Below, one piece after another: positions 48,600-64,000 of a DNA stretch of 64,000 bases; position 1 is the first letter of the stretch, and the number at the start of each line of letters is the position of its first letter. Source of the stretch: Eledone cirrhosa (lineage: Eukaryota); assembly GCA_964016885.1 (NCBI GenBank), contig OZ024766.1, positions 2,480,001-2,544,000 of the forward strand. The letters run 5' to 3'. The position numbers and the translations under genes were made by a program. The notes under the pieces are model-generated. The model was not told the DNA's origin. It did no database searches and worked only from the letters and a program-made list of their open reading frames with translations.

Positions 48600-49829
48600 A
48601 TGGAAGACGTTAAACCCCTGGACATTTCTACCAATATAGATAGAGTTACACAGACATACAGTGGGGAGAAAGCTTTACCTAGTGAAACATGTACTGAACA
48701 AGGATCATTACACAGAAATACTCCTGAATATAGCTGTGGTGTTTGTAGGAAAACTTTCTCATCAGAAGATGAATTATCTACACACAAACTCATACATACT
48801 AAAGACAGACCCTATCATTGTGACATATGTGGGAAATCTTTTGGCAGTAGAAGTCAATTGACTCGACACTGCAGAACACATACTGCAAAGAAACCCTATC
48901 ATTGTAAAATTTGTGGGAAATCTTATAGTAAGAATAGTGAATTGACTACCCACAAAAGAACACACACTGGAGAGAGACCCTATCATTGTGAAACATGTGG
49001 GATATCTTTTAGTAGGAGTGGTCACTTGTCTACCCACAAAATAACACACACAGGAGAAAAACCTTTCAAATGTGAAACATGTGGGAAATCTTTCAGTCTG
49101 AATTCCAATTTAATTAGGCATTTAAGTAAGCACAGTGGGGAAAAACCATTTCACTGTGAAATATGTGGGAATTCTTTCGCTGAGAAAGCTAATCTTGTTA
49201 GACATATACGTATTCACACCGGAGAGAAACCTTTTCACTGTGAAATATGTGGGAAATATTTTGCTCATAGTTCTGTTCTTGTAGTTCACAGAACAACACA
49301 CACTGGAGAGAAATACTTCCATTGTGAAATATGTGGGAAAGCATGTGTGAAAAGCAGTGATTTAACTATACATAAAAGATCACACACTGGAGAGAAACCC
49401 TATCATTGTGAAACATGTGGGAAATATTTTGTAACAAGCCGTTCTTTAACTATACACAAAAGAACACACACAGGAGAGAAACCCTATCACTGTGAAATAT
49501 GTGGGAAAACGTTTGTACGGAGCAGTTCTTTAATTGTACATAAAACAACACACACTGGAGAGAAACACTTCCATTGTGAAATATGTGGGAAAGCATTTGT
49601 GAAAAGCAGTGATTTAAATATACATAAAAGAACACACACTGGAGAGAAACCCTATCATTGTGAAACGTGCGGGAAATATTTTGTAACAAACCATTCTTTA
49701 ACTATACATAAAAGAACGCACACAGGAGAGAAACCCTATCATTGTGAAATATGTGGGAAAGTGTTTGTATGGAGCAGTTCTTTAATTAGACATAAAACAA
49801 CACACACTGGAGAGAAACCCTATCACTGA
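48600..49829 (+). CDS. C2H2 zinc-finger protein (ZNF-4), 409 aa, 13 fingers, truncated; 7 relic fingers to 50442
   Basis: A 2-bp deletion (cactgtgaa to cactgaa) creates TGA; a second nonsense codon (aaa tga aca) lies downstream. Confidence 0.75.
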   Translation: MEDVKPLDISTNIDRVTQTYSGEKALPSETCTEQGSLHRNTPEYSCGVCRKTFSSEDELSTHKLIHTKDRPYHCDICGKSFGSRSQLTRHCRTHTAKKPYHCKICGKSYSKNSELTTHKRTHTGERPYHCETCGISFSRSGHLSTHKITHTGEKPFKCETCGKSFSLNSNLIRHLSKHSGEKPFHCEICGNSFAEKANLVRHIRIHTGEKPFHCEICGKYFAHSSVLVVHRTTHTGEKYFHCEICGKACVKSSDLTIHKRSHTGEKPYHCETCGKYFVTSRSLTIHKRTHTGEKPYHCEICGKTFVRSSSLIVHKTTHTGEKHFHCEICGKAFVKSSDLNIHKRTHTGEKPYHCETCGKYFVTNHSLTIHKRTHTGEKPYHCEICGKVFVWSSSLIRHKTTHTGEKPYH

Positions 49830-52296
49830 AATATGTGGGAAATATTTTGTAACAAGCTGTTCTTTAACTATACATAAATGAACACATACTGGAAAGAAAC
49901 CCTATCATTGTGAAATATGTGGGAAATATTTTGTAAAAAGCTCTTATTTAACTATACATAAAAGCACACACACTGGAGAGAAACCCTATCATTGTGAAAT
50001 ATGTGGGAAATCTTTTGTAAGAGGCCGTTCTTTAATTAGACATAAAAGAACACACACAGGAGAGAAACCCTATCATTGTGAAATGTGTGGGAAAGCATTT
50101 GCACAGAGCAATTATTTAACTATACATAATAGAACACACACTGGAGAGAAACCCTATCATTGTGAAATATGTGGGAAATCTTTTGTAAGAGGCCGTTCTT
50201 TAATTAGACATAAAAGAACACACACTGGAGAGAAACCCCATCACTGTGAAATATGTGGGAAAGCGTTTACACAGACTGCTGGTCTCATTGTCCACATACG
50301 TACTCACACTGGAGAAAAGCTTTTCTACTGTGAAATATGTGGGGAATCTTTCACTAGTAACACTGAATATAATAAACACAAAAGAACACACACTGGAGAA
50401 AAACGTTCCACCAATATCAAATGTGAATACTTGGCAGTTTGATAGACTCCAAACATTGCTGGCCATTTCTACAAATATATTTTCAGTTGAAATTAAAATC
50501 TTTCTCTGATCTATTCTTGATTTTTTCAATTAATTTTAAATCTATGCCAGAAATTTCAGCCTTGGTTTTCAACACCAACATTGCCTGCTATAGTGTGTAA
50601 TTAAGGGACCCTCTATCACCTGAGGTAATGTCTTCTCTGCTATGATATATTATAGAGGCCTACACCAACATTGCCTGCTATACTGTGTAATTAAGAGACC
50701 CTCCATCACCTGTTCTCTGTTATGTTGAATTTTAGAAGCCTACACCAACATTCCCTGTTGTAGTGTGTAATTAAGGGCCCTCTATCACCTTAGGTAATGC
50801 TGTGTGTGTCTAGTCTCAGAAATTAAAGAGGGTAACACAGACATTCTCTGTTATAGTAATTGAAGAAGTAGATTTACCTGTTTTTCTTTTTCTTTCGGAC
50901 TCCCTTTTTTTATTGATTTCATTGTTTTGTAAATAATTTATTAATTTTTCATAATTAATTTTATAAAGTGTATTTATGTCCTAAATTTCATTCAATTTGT
51001 TGTTAATAAAAGAATTATATTTAAGGAATTTATCAAGTCTGTAACTTTTTGTTATTTTGCCATCTAAATCTCTGTTATTAACACCATATGTAATGATATC
51101 ATCTTGTTAGTAGTTTTAATACATCTAACACCCATCTAAATCTCTGTTATTAACACCATATGTAATGATATCATCTTGTTAGTAGTTTTAATACATCTAA
51201 CACCCAACTAAATCTCTGTTATTAACACCATATGTAATGATATCATGTTGTTAGTAGTTTTAATACATCTAACACCCAACTAAATCTCTGTTATTAACAC
51301 CATATGTAATGATATCATCTTGTAAGTAGTTTTAATACATCTAATACCCAACTAAATCTCTGTTATTAACACCATATGTAATGATATCATCTTGTTAGTA
51401 GTTTTAATACATCTAACACCCAACTAAATCTCTGTTATTAACACCATATGTAATGATATCATGTTGTTAGTAGTTTTAATACATCTAACACCCAACTAAA
51501 TCTCTGTTATTAACACCATATGTAATGATATCATCTTGTTAGTAGTTTTAATACATCTAACACCCAACTAAATCTCTGTTATTAACACCATATGTAATGA
51601 TATCATGTTGTTAGTAGTTTTAATACATCTAACACCCAACTAAATCTCTGTTATTAACACCATATGTAATGATATCATCTTGTAAGTAGTTTTAATACAT
51701 CTAATACCCAACTAAATCTCTGTTATTAACACCATATGTAATGATATCTTCTTGTTAGTAGTTTTAATACATCTTAAACCCATCTAAATCTCTGGACAGG
51801 GGGTCCACCAAGGCGGCAATACAAGGTCTGTTTCAACAAATTCCTTGTCACATCGACCATCACTGGTGGTCCACCCGACCTGAGACATGGGACGCCTGGT
51901 GTCTCACCAACAACCATGCTGTCTGCTCCTTGAAAAACACCCACAGGGCCACCCTCGAGGACAAGAGGCCTAGGAGGAAGAACCACAACTAGTTATCAAA
52001 CCCTTCTCCAGAGCTTCATCTGTTGCTGTGCCATGCCTGTCCTACGTAGGCCTGACCAGCCACAAGCAGGCCTACAAGCAATGTAGAACAGCTCCTTAAC
52101 CTTTGTTCTCGAAGCCAAGACATGATAAACGTTATTGAGTTACAGATGGAGATATAAATATATAAACAAACAAACAACGGATTCAGACTACCAGGGGAGA
52201 CAACCTCACCATGGCATAATTCAAGTCCCAGATTAGTATGATCGATTAGGCATATATTTAAATATTGGGAGTTGTTTTAGCTGTACCCATGTAGTT

Positions 52297-52333
<37 letters not shown>

Positions 52334-53085
52334 ATAACTAAACTGCAGAATATGGTCTTTGCTGTTGTAAGAAAGTAGAGAGTGATATTTGGCTGCTATT
52401 TCTACCAGGTAGGAGACTCCCTCGTTGATACGTAATAAATATTTCACTGAGTGATGTTGCTTGTTTTACCATGGGTTGGATACAATTGATGGAGTGAATT
52501 GATATAATTGAAGGTCTTTCTGAAGGTATTAAATTATGTCAGGGACTTTTAACGTATGACACCGGTCACAAACCGGAAAGAGAAACATTCTCAACGACAC
52601 CACGTACCTGCTATCTTAATTATAACTTTAATTAATCTAATTAGATCTTGTGTATCAATTATCTCATGTTAAGGTGACAGTTAATATTCTGTAGATAACA
52701 TAGAGTGAGCTACATGTTCCAGGGTAGGTGTTCCATCTCCTACATGATTAAATATTTCATTTCATGAGAAACTACGCTACATCGTGAATTGGTTGTTCCA
52801 CATTTTACAGGACAGTGAGAAATAGTTTTAAATCACCAACATCTGAACAATTAGCTTTCCTGGTCTTTCTTGACTTTACATTTGGACTTGAAATATAAAG
52901 TACGTATTATTTGTATTGTTAACACAGCAGATATTGTGTACTTTTCTACACTCCGTGGTGAACAATCCTCATTTATTAAGACACTCACACACACACACAC
53001 TCTCTCTCTTACACTTTCTTATACCAACATCTGTCTTACACAGTTATATATCTTCAGAACTTCGAAGAATTCTTCAAGAATTACT

Positions 53086-53994
53086 ATGGAGGACGTTAAA
53101 CACTTGGACATTTCTACCACACCTGTTTCTACCGATATAGATACAGTTACCCAGACATACAGTGGTGAGAAACCTTTACCTAGTGAAACATGTACTGAAC
53201 AGGGATCATTATACAGAAACATTCCTGAATATAGCTGTGAGATTTGTAGAAAATCTTTCTCATCAGAAAATGAATTATCTACACACAAACACATACATAT
53301 TAAAGACAAACCCTATCATTGTGAAATATGTGGGAAATCTTTTAGTTGCAGTCGTGACTTGATTAACCACAAAAGAACACACACTGGAGAGAAACCTTTT
53401 CACTGTGAAAAATGTGGGAAATCTTTCAGTGTGAAATGCAATTTTGTTAAGCATTTACGTAATCACAGTGGGGAAAAACCATTTCACTGTGAAATATGTG
53501 GGAATACTTTCGCTGAGAAAGCTAATCTTGTTAGACATATACGTAGTCACACTGGAGAGAAACCTTTTCACTGTGAAATATGTGGGAAATATTTTGCTTA
53601 TAGTTCTGTTCTTGTAGTTCACAGAACAACACACACTGGAGAGAGATCCCATCACTGTGAAATATGCGGGAAAGCGTTTCTACACAGCAATTCTTTAACT
53701 GTACATAAAACAACACACACTGGAGAGAAACACTTCCATTGTGAAATATGTGGGAAAGCATTTGTGAAAAGCAGTGATTTAAATATACATAAAAGAACAC
53801 ACACTGGAGAGAAACCCTATCATTGTGAAACGTGCGGGAAATATTTTGTAACAAACCATTCTTTAACTATACATAAAAGAACGCACACAGGAGAGAAACC
53901 CTATCATTGTGAAATATGTGGGAAAGTGTTTGTATGGAGCAGTTCTTTAATTAGACATAAAACAACACACACTGGAGAGAAACCCTATCACTGA
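53086..53994 (+). CDS. Chimeric C2H2 zinc-finger protein (ZNF-5), 302 aa, 9 fingers
   Basis: Fingers 1-6 match ZNF-7; fingers 7-9 and the stop lesion match ZNF-4. Confidence 0.75.
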   Translation: MEDVKHLDISTTPVSTDIDTVTQTYSGEKPLPSETCTEQGSLYRNIPEYSCEICRKSFSSENELSTHKHIHIKDKPYHCEICGKSFSCSRDLINHKRTHTGEKPFHCEKCGKSFSVKCNFVKHLRNHSGEKPFHCEICGNTFAEKANLVRHIRSHTGEKPFHCEICGKYFAYSSVLVVHRTTHTGERSHHCEICGKAFLHSNSLTVHKTTHTGEKHFHCEICGKAFVKSSDLNIHKRTHTGEKPYHCETCGKYFVTNHSLTIHKRTHTGEKPYHCEICGKVFVWSSSLIRHKTTHTGEKPYH

Positions 53995-56461
53995 AATATG
54001 TGGGAAATATTTTGTAACAAGCTGTTCTTTAACTATACATAAATGAACACATACTGGAAAGAAACCCTATCATTGTGAAATATGTGGGAAATATTTTGTA
54101 AAAAGCTCTTATTTAACTATACATAAAAGCACACACACTGGAGAGAAACCCTATCATTGTGAAATATGTGGGAAATCTTTTGTAAGAGGCCGTTCTTTAA
54201 TTAGACATAAAAGAACACACACAGGAGAGAAACCCTATCATTGTGAAATGTGTGGGAAAGCATTTGCACAGAGCAATTATTTAACTATACATAATAGAAC
54301 ACACACTGGAGAGAAACCCTATCATTGTGAAATATGTGGGAAATCTTTTGTAAGAGGCCGTTCTTTAATTAGACATAAAAGAACACACACTGGAGAGAAA
54401 CCCCATCACTGTGAAATATGTGGGAAAGCGTTTACACAGACTGCTGGTCTCATTGTCCACATACGTACTCACACTGGAGAAAAGCTTTTCTACTGTGAAA
54501 TATGTGGGGAATCTTTCACTAGTAACACTGAATATAATAAACACAAAAGAACACACACTGGAGAAAAACGTTCCACCAATATCAAATGTGAATACTTGGC
54601 AGTTTGATAGACTCCAAACATTGCTGGCCATTTCTACAAATATATTTTCAGTTGAAATTAAAATCTTTCTCTGATCTATTCTTGATTTTTTCAATTAATT
54701 TTAAATCTATGCCAGAAATTTCAGCCTTGGTTTTCAACACCAACATTGCCTGCTATAGTGTGTAATTAAGGGACCCTCTATCACCTGAGGTAATGTCTTC
54801 TCTGCTATGATATATTATAGAGGCCTACACCAACATTGCCTGCTATACTGTGTAATTAAGAGACCCTCCATCACCTGTTCTCTGTTATGTTGAATTTTAG
54901 AAGCCTACACCAACATTCCCTGTTGTAGTGTGTAATTAAGGGCCCTCTATCACCTTAGGTAATGCTGTGTGTGTCTAGTCTCAGAAATTAAAGAGGGTAA
55001 CACAGACATTCTCTGTTATAGTAATTGAAGAAGTAGATTTACCTGTTTTTCTTTTTCTTTCGGACTCCCTTTTTTTATTGATTTCATTGTTTTGTAAATA
55101 ATTTATTAATTTTTCATAATTAATTTTATAAAGTGTATTTATGTCCTAAATTTCATTCAATTTGTTGTTAATAAAAGAATTATATTTAAGGAATTTATCA
55201 AGTCTGTAACTTTTTGTTATTTTGCCATCTAAATCTCTGTTATTAACACCATATGTAATGATATCATCTTGTTAGTAGTTTTAATACATCTAACACCCAT
55301 CTAAATCTCTGTTATTAACACCATATGTAATGATATCATCTTGTTAGTAGTTTTAATACATCTAACACCCAACTAAATCTCTGTTATTAACACCATATGT
55401 AATGATATCATGTTGTTAGTAGTTTTAATACATCTAACACCCAACTAAATCTCTGTTATTAACACCATATGTAATGATATCATCTTGTAAGTAGTTTTAA
55501 TACATCTAATACCCAACTAAATCTCTGTTATTAACACCATATGTAATGATATCATCTTGTTAGTAGTTTTAATACATCTAACACCCAACTAAATCTCTGT
55601 TATTAACACCATATGTAATGATATCATGTTGTTAGTAGTTTTAATACATCTAACACCCAACTAAATCTCTGTTATTAACACCATATGTAATGATATCATC
55701 TTGTTAGTAGTTTTAATACATCTAACACCCAACTAAATCTCTGTTATTAACACCATATGTAATGATATCATGTTGTTAGTAGTTTTAATACATCTAACAC
55801 CCAACTAAATCTCTGTTATTAACACCATATGTAATGATATCATCTTGTAAGTAGTTTTAATACATCTAATACCCAACTAAATCTCTGTTATTAACACCAT
55901 ATGTAATGATATCTTCTTGTTAGTAGTTTTAATACATCTTAAACCCATCTAAATCTCTGGACAGGGGGTCCACCAAGGCGGCAATACAAGGTCTGTTTCA
56001 ACAAATTCCTTGTCACATCGACCATCACTGGTGGTCCACCCGACCTGAGACATGGGACGCCTGGTGTCTCACCAACAACCATGCTGTCTGCTCCTTGAAA
56101 AACACCCACAGGGCCACCCTCGAGGACAAGAGGCCTAGGAGGAAGAACCACAACTAGTTATCAAACCCTTCTCCAGAGCTTCATCTGTTGCTGTGCCATG
56201 CCTGTCCTACGTAGGCCTGACCAGCCACAAGCAGGCCTACAAGCAATGTAGAACAGCTCCTTAACCTTTGTTCTCGAAGCCAAGACATGATAAACGTTAT
56301 TGAGTTACAGATGGAGATATAAATATATAAACAAACAAACAACGGATTCAGACTACCAGGGGAGACAACCTCACCATGGCATAATTCAAGTCCCAGATTA
56401 GTATGATCGATTAGGCATATATTTAAATATTGGGAGTTGTTTTAGCTGTACCCATGTAGTT

Positions 56462-56498
<37 letters not shown>

Positions 56499-57250
56499 AT
56501 AACTAAACTGCAGAATATGGTCTTTGCTGTTGTAAGAAAGTAGAGAGTGATATTTGGCTGCTATTTCTACCAGGTAGGAGACTCCCTCGTTGATACGTAA
56601 TAAATATTTCACTGAGTGATGTTGCTTGTTTTACCATGGGTTGGATACAATTGATGGAGTGAATTGATATAATTGAAGGTCTTTCTGAAGGTATTAAATT
56701 ATGTCAGGGACTTTTAACGTATGACACCGGTCACAAACCGGAAAGAGAAACATTCTCAACGACACCACGTACCTGCTATCTTAATTATAACTTTAATTAA
56801 TCTAATTAGATCTTGTGTATCAATTATCTCATGTTAAGGTGACAGTTAATATTCTGTAGATAACATAGAGTGAGCTACATGTTCCAGGGTAGGTGTTCCA
56901 TCTCCTACATGATTAAATATTTCATTTCATGAGAAACTACGCTACATCGTGAATTGGTTGTTCCACATTTTACAGGACAGTGAGAAATAGTTTTAAATCA
57001 CCAACATCTGAACAATTAGCTTTCCTGGTCTTTCTTGACTTTACATTTGGACTTGAAATATAAAGTACGTATTATTTGTATTGTTAACACAGCAGATATT
57101 GTGTACTTTTCTACACTCCGTGGTGAACAATCCTCATTTATTAAGACACTCACACACACACACACTCTCTCTCTTACACTTTCTTATACCAACATCTGTC
57201 TTACACAGTTATATATCTTCAGAACTTCGAAGAATTCTTCAAGAATTACT

Positions 57251-58159
57251 ATGGAGGACGTTAAACACTTGGACATTTCTACCACACCTGTTTCTACCGA
57301 TATAGATACAGTTACCCAGACATACAGTGGTGAGAAACCTTTACCTAGTGAAACATGTACTGAACAGGGATCATTATACAGAAACATTCCTGAATATAGC
57401 TGTGAGATTTGTAGAAAATCTTTCTCATCAGAAAATGAATTATCTACACACAAACACATACATATTAAAGACAAACCCTATCATTGTGAAATATGTGGGA
57501 AATCTTTTAGTTGCAGTCGTGACTTGATTAACCACAAAAGAACACACACTGGAGAGAAACCTTTTCACTGTGAAAAATGTGGGAAATCTTTCAGTGTGAA
57601 ATGCAATTTTGTTAAGCATTTACGTAATCACAGTGGGGAAAAACCATTTCACTGTGAAATATGTGGGAATACTTTCGCTGAGAAAGCTAATCTTGTTAGA
57701 CATATACGTAGTCACACTGGAGAGAAACCTTTTCACTGTGAAATATGTGGGAAATATTTTGCTTATAGTTCTGTTCTTGTAGTTCACAGAACAACACACA
57801 CTGGAGAGAGATCCCATCACTGTGAAATATGCGGGAAAGCGTTTCTACACAGCAATTCTTTAACTGTACATAAAACAACACACACTGGAGAGAAACACTT
57901 CCATTGTGAAATATGTGGGAAAGCATTTGTGAAAAGCAGTGATTTAAATATACATAAAAGAACACACACTGGAGAGAAACCCTATCATTGTGAAACGTGC
58001 GGGAAATATTTTGTAACAAACCATTCTTTAACTATACATAAAAGAACGCACACAGGAGAGAAACCCTATCATTGTGAAATATGTGGGAAAGTGTTTGTAT
58101 GGAGCAGTTCTTTAATTAGACATAAAACAACACACACTGGAGAGAAACCCTATCACTGA
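57251..58159 (+). CDS. Chimeric C2H2 zinc-finger protein (ZNF-6), identical to ZNF-5
   Basis: Identical translation in the ORF track, offset 4165. Confidence 0.72.
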   Translation: MEDVKHLDISTTPVSTDIDTVTQTYSGEKPLPSETCTEQGSLYRNIPEYSCEICRKSFSSENELSTHKHIHIKDKPYHCEICGKSFSCSRDLINHKRTHTGEKPFHCEKCGKSFSVKCNFVKHLRNHSGEKPFHCEICGNTFAEKANLVRHIRSHTGEKPFHCEICGKYFAYSSVLVVHRTTHTGERSHHCEICGKAFLHSNSLTVHKTTHTGEKHFHCEICGKAFVKSSDLNIHKRTHTGEKPYHCETCGKYFVTNHSLTIHKRTHTGEKPYHCEICGKVFVWSSSLIRHKTTHTGEKPYH

Positions 58160-60626
58160 AATATGTGGGAAATATTTTGTAACAAGCTGTTCTTTAACTA
58201 TACATAAATGAACACATACTGGAAAGAAACCCTATCATTGTGAAATATGTGGGAAATATTTTGTAAAAAGCTCTTATTTAACTATACATAAAAGCACACA
58301 CACTGGAGAGAAACCCTATCATTGTGAAATATGTGGGAAATCTTTTGTAAGAGGCCGTTCTTTAATTAGACATAAAAGAACACACACAGGAGAGAAACCC
58401 TATCATTGTGAAATGTGTGGGAAAGCATTTGCACAGAGCAATTATTTAACTATACATAATAGAACACACACTGGAGAGAAACCCTATCATTGTGAAATAT
58501 GTGGGAAATCTTTTGTAAGAGGCCGTTCTTTAATTAGACATAAAAGAACACACACTGGAGAGAAACCCCATCACTGTGAAATATGTGGGAAAGCGTTTAC
58601 ACAGACTGCTGGTCTCATTGTCCACATACGTACTCACACTGGAGAAAAGCTTTTCTACTGTGAAATATGTGGGGAATCTTTCACTAGTAACACTGAATAT
58701 AATAAACACAAAAGAACACACACTGGAGAAAAACGTTCCACCAATATCAAATGTGAATACTTGGCAGTTTGATAGACTCCAAACATTGCTGGCCATTTCT
58801 ACAAATATATTTTCAGTTGAAATTAAAATCTTTCTCTGATCTATTCTTGATTTTTTCAATTAATTTTAAATCTATGCCAGAAATTTCAGCCTTGGTTTTC
58901 AACACCAACATTGCCTGCTATAGTGTGTAATTAAGGGACCCTCTATCACCTGAGGTAATGTCTTCTCTGCTATGATATATTATAGAGGCCTACACCAACA
59001 TTGCCTGCTATACTGTGTAATTAAGAGACCCTCCATCACCTGTTCTCTGTTATGTTGAATTTTAGAAGCCTACACCAACATTCCCTGTTGTAGTGTGTAA
59101 TTAAGGGCCCTCTATCACCTTAGGTAATGCTGTGTGTGTCTAGTCTCAGAAATTAAAGAGGGTAACACAGACATTCTCTGTTATAGTAATTGAAGAAGTA
59201 GATTTACCTGTTTTTCTTTTTCTTTCGGACTCCCTTTTTTTATTGATTTCATTGTTTTGTAAATAATTTATTAATTTTTCATAATTAATTTTATAAAGTG
59301 TATTTATGTCCTAAATTTCATTCAATTTGTTGTTAATAAAAGAATTATATTTAAGGAATTTATCAAGTCTGTAACTTTTTGTTATTTTGCCATCTAAATC
59401 TCTGTTATTAACACCATATGTAATGATATCATCTTGTTAGTAGTTTTAATACATCTAACACCCATCTAAATCTCTGTTATTAACACCATATGTAATGATA
59501 TCATCTTGTTAGTAGTTTTAATACATCTAACACCCAACTAAATCTCTGTTATTAACACCATATGTAATGATATCATGTTGTTAGTAGTTTTAATACATCT
59601 AACACCCAACTAAATCTCTGTTATTAACACCATATGTAATGATATCATCTTGTAAGTAGTTTTAATACATCTAATACCCAACTAAATCTCTGTTATTAAC
59701 ACCATATGTAATGATATCATCTTGTTAGTAGTTTTAATACATCTAACACCCAACTAAATCTCTGTTATTAACACCATATGTAATGATATCATGTTGTTAG
59801 TAGTTTTAATACATCTAACACCCAACTAAATCTCTGTTATTAACACCATATGTAATGATATCATCTTGTTAGTAGTTTTAATACATCTAACACCCAACTA
59901 AATCTCTGTTATTAACACCATATGTAATGATATCATGTTGTTAGTAGTTTTAATACATCTAACACCCAACTAAATCTCTGTTATTAACACCATATGTAAT
60001 GATATCATCTTGTAAGTAGTTTTAATACATCTAATACCCAACTAAATCTCTGTTATTAACACCATATGTAATGATATCTTCTTGTTAGTAGTTTTAATAC
60101 ATCTTAAACCCATCTAAATCTCTGGACAGGGGGTCCACCAAGGCGGCAATACAAGGTCTGTTTCAACAAATTCCTTGTCACATCGACCATCACTGGTGGT
60201 CCACCCGACCTGAGACATGGGACGCCTGGTGTCTCACCAACAACCATGCTGTCTGCTCCTTGAAAAACACCCACAGGGCCACCCTCGAGGACAAGAGGCC
60301 TAGGAGGAAGAACCACAACTAGTTATCAAACCCTTCTCCAGAGCTTCATCTGTTGCTGTGCCATGCCTGTCCTACGTAGGCCTGACCAGCCACAAGCAGG
60401 CCTACAAGCAATGTAGAACAGCTCCTTAACCTTTGTTCTCGAAGCCAAGACATGATAAACGTTATTGAGTTACAGATGGAGATATAAATATATAAACAAA
60501 CAAACAACGGATTCAGACTACCAGGGGAGACAACCTCACCATGGCATAATTCAAGTCCCAGATTAGTATGATCGATTAGGCATATATTTAAATATTGGGA
60601 GTTGTTTTAGCTGTACCCATGTAGTT

Positions 60627-60663
<37 letters not shown>

Positions 60664-61380
60664 ATAACTAAACTGCAGAATATGGTCTTTGCTGTTGTAA
60701 GAAAGTAGAGAGTGATATTTGGCTGCTATTTCTACCAGGTAGGAGACTCCCTCGTTGATACGTAATAAATATTTCACTGAGTGATGTTGCTTGTTTTACC
60801 ATGGGTTGGATACAATTGATGGAGTGAATTGATATAATTGAAGGTCTTTCTGAAGGTATTAAATTATGTCAGGGACTTTTAACGTATGACACCGGTCACA
60901 AACCGGAAAGAGAAACATTCTCAACGACACCACGTACCTGCTATCTTAATTATAACTTTAATTAATCTAATTAGATCTTGTGTATCAATTATCTCATGTT
61001 AAGGTGACAGTTAATATTCTGTAGATAACATAGAGTGAGCTACATGTTCCAGGGTAGGTGTTCCATCTCCTACATGATTAAATATTTCATTTCATGAGAA
61101 ACTACGCTACATCGTGAATTGGTTGTTCCACATTTTACAGGACAGTGAGAAATAGTTTTAAATCACCAACATCTGAACAATTAGCTTCCCTGGAGTACGT
61201 ATTATTTGTATTGTTAACACAGCAGATATTGTGTACTTTTCTACACTCCGTGGTGAACAATCCTCATTTATTAAGACACTCACACACACACACACTCTCT
61301 CTCTTACACTTTCTTATACCAACATCTGTCTTACACAGTTATATATCTTCAGAACTTCGAAGAATTCTTCAAGAATTACT

Positions 61381-63628
<2,248 letters not shown>

Positions 63629-64000
63629 TGAAATATGTGGGAAAGCATTTGTACAAAGCAATTATTTAATTAGACATAAAAGAACACACTCTGGAGAGAA
63701 ACCCTATCATTGTGAAATATGTGGGAAAGCATTTGTACAGAGCAATTATTTAATTAGACATAAAAGTACACACACTGGAGAGAAACCCCATCACTGTGAA
63801 ATATGTGGGAAAGCGTTTACACAGACTGCTGGTCTCATTGTCCACATACGTACTCACACTGGAGAAAAGCTTTTCTACTGTGAAATATGTGGGGAATCTT
63901 TCACTAGTAACACTGAATATAATAAACACAAAAGAACACACACTGGAGAAAAACGTTCCACCAATATCAAATGTGAATACTTGGCAGTTTGATAGACTCC

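Noticed and set aside
49827-49881. Rescue of the ZNF stops by A-to-I editing (UGA to UGG)
   Set aside because: The first stop comes from a 2-bp deletion, so readthrough would remain out of frame.
50083-50442. Separate 119-aa ZNF genes (also 54248 and 58413)
   Set aside because: They start at an internal ATG inside a finger and are relic tails of ZNF-4/5/6.

Overview
Eukaryotic, AT-rich, microsatellite-dense DNA, probably a coleoid cephalopod such as Octopus (inferred from the C2H2 zinc-finger expansion and SINE/minisatellite style). It holds seven paralogous C2H2 zinc-finger genes: an intact divergent pair at 0.6-6.3 kb and five tandem copies at 44.8-64 kb, all five truncated by frameshifts. 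Two of those five are chimeras made by a 4165-bp unequal-crossover triplication. Between the two groups lies a 12-coding-exon ceramide-kinase-like (DAGK/SphK family) gene (17851-41742, about 890 aa by my manual splice model), with a 15-aa x ~22 acidic repeat inserted in its catalytic domain. Introns and flanks carry many minisatellites, SINEs and RTE-type LINE fragments. The least obvious signal is about ten type I hammerhead-ribozyme motifs with intact cores (CUGANGA...GAAA...UH). Most lie in short elements sitting in (TA)n tracts, several arranged as head-to-head palindromes with a 3' tail, an architecture resembling Penelope-like pLTR or retrozyme elements. Most long ORFs in the supplied track are artefacts of tandem repeats. 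All exon models and RNA folds were read by eye and need computational or transcript confirmation.
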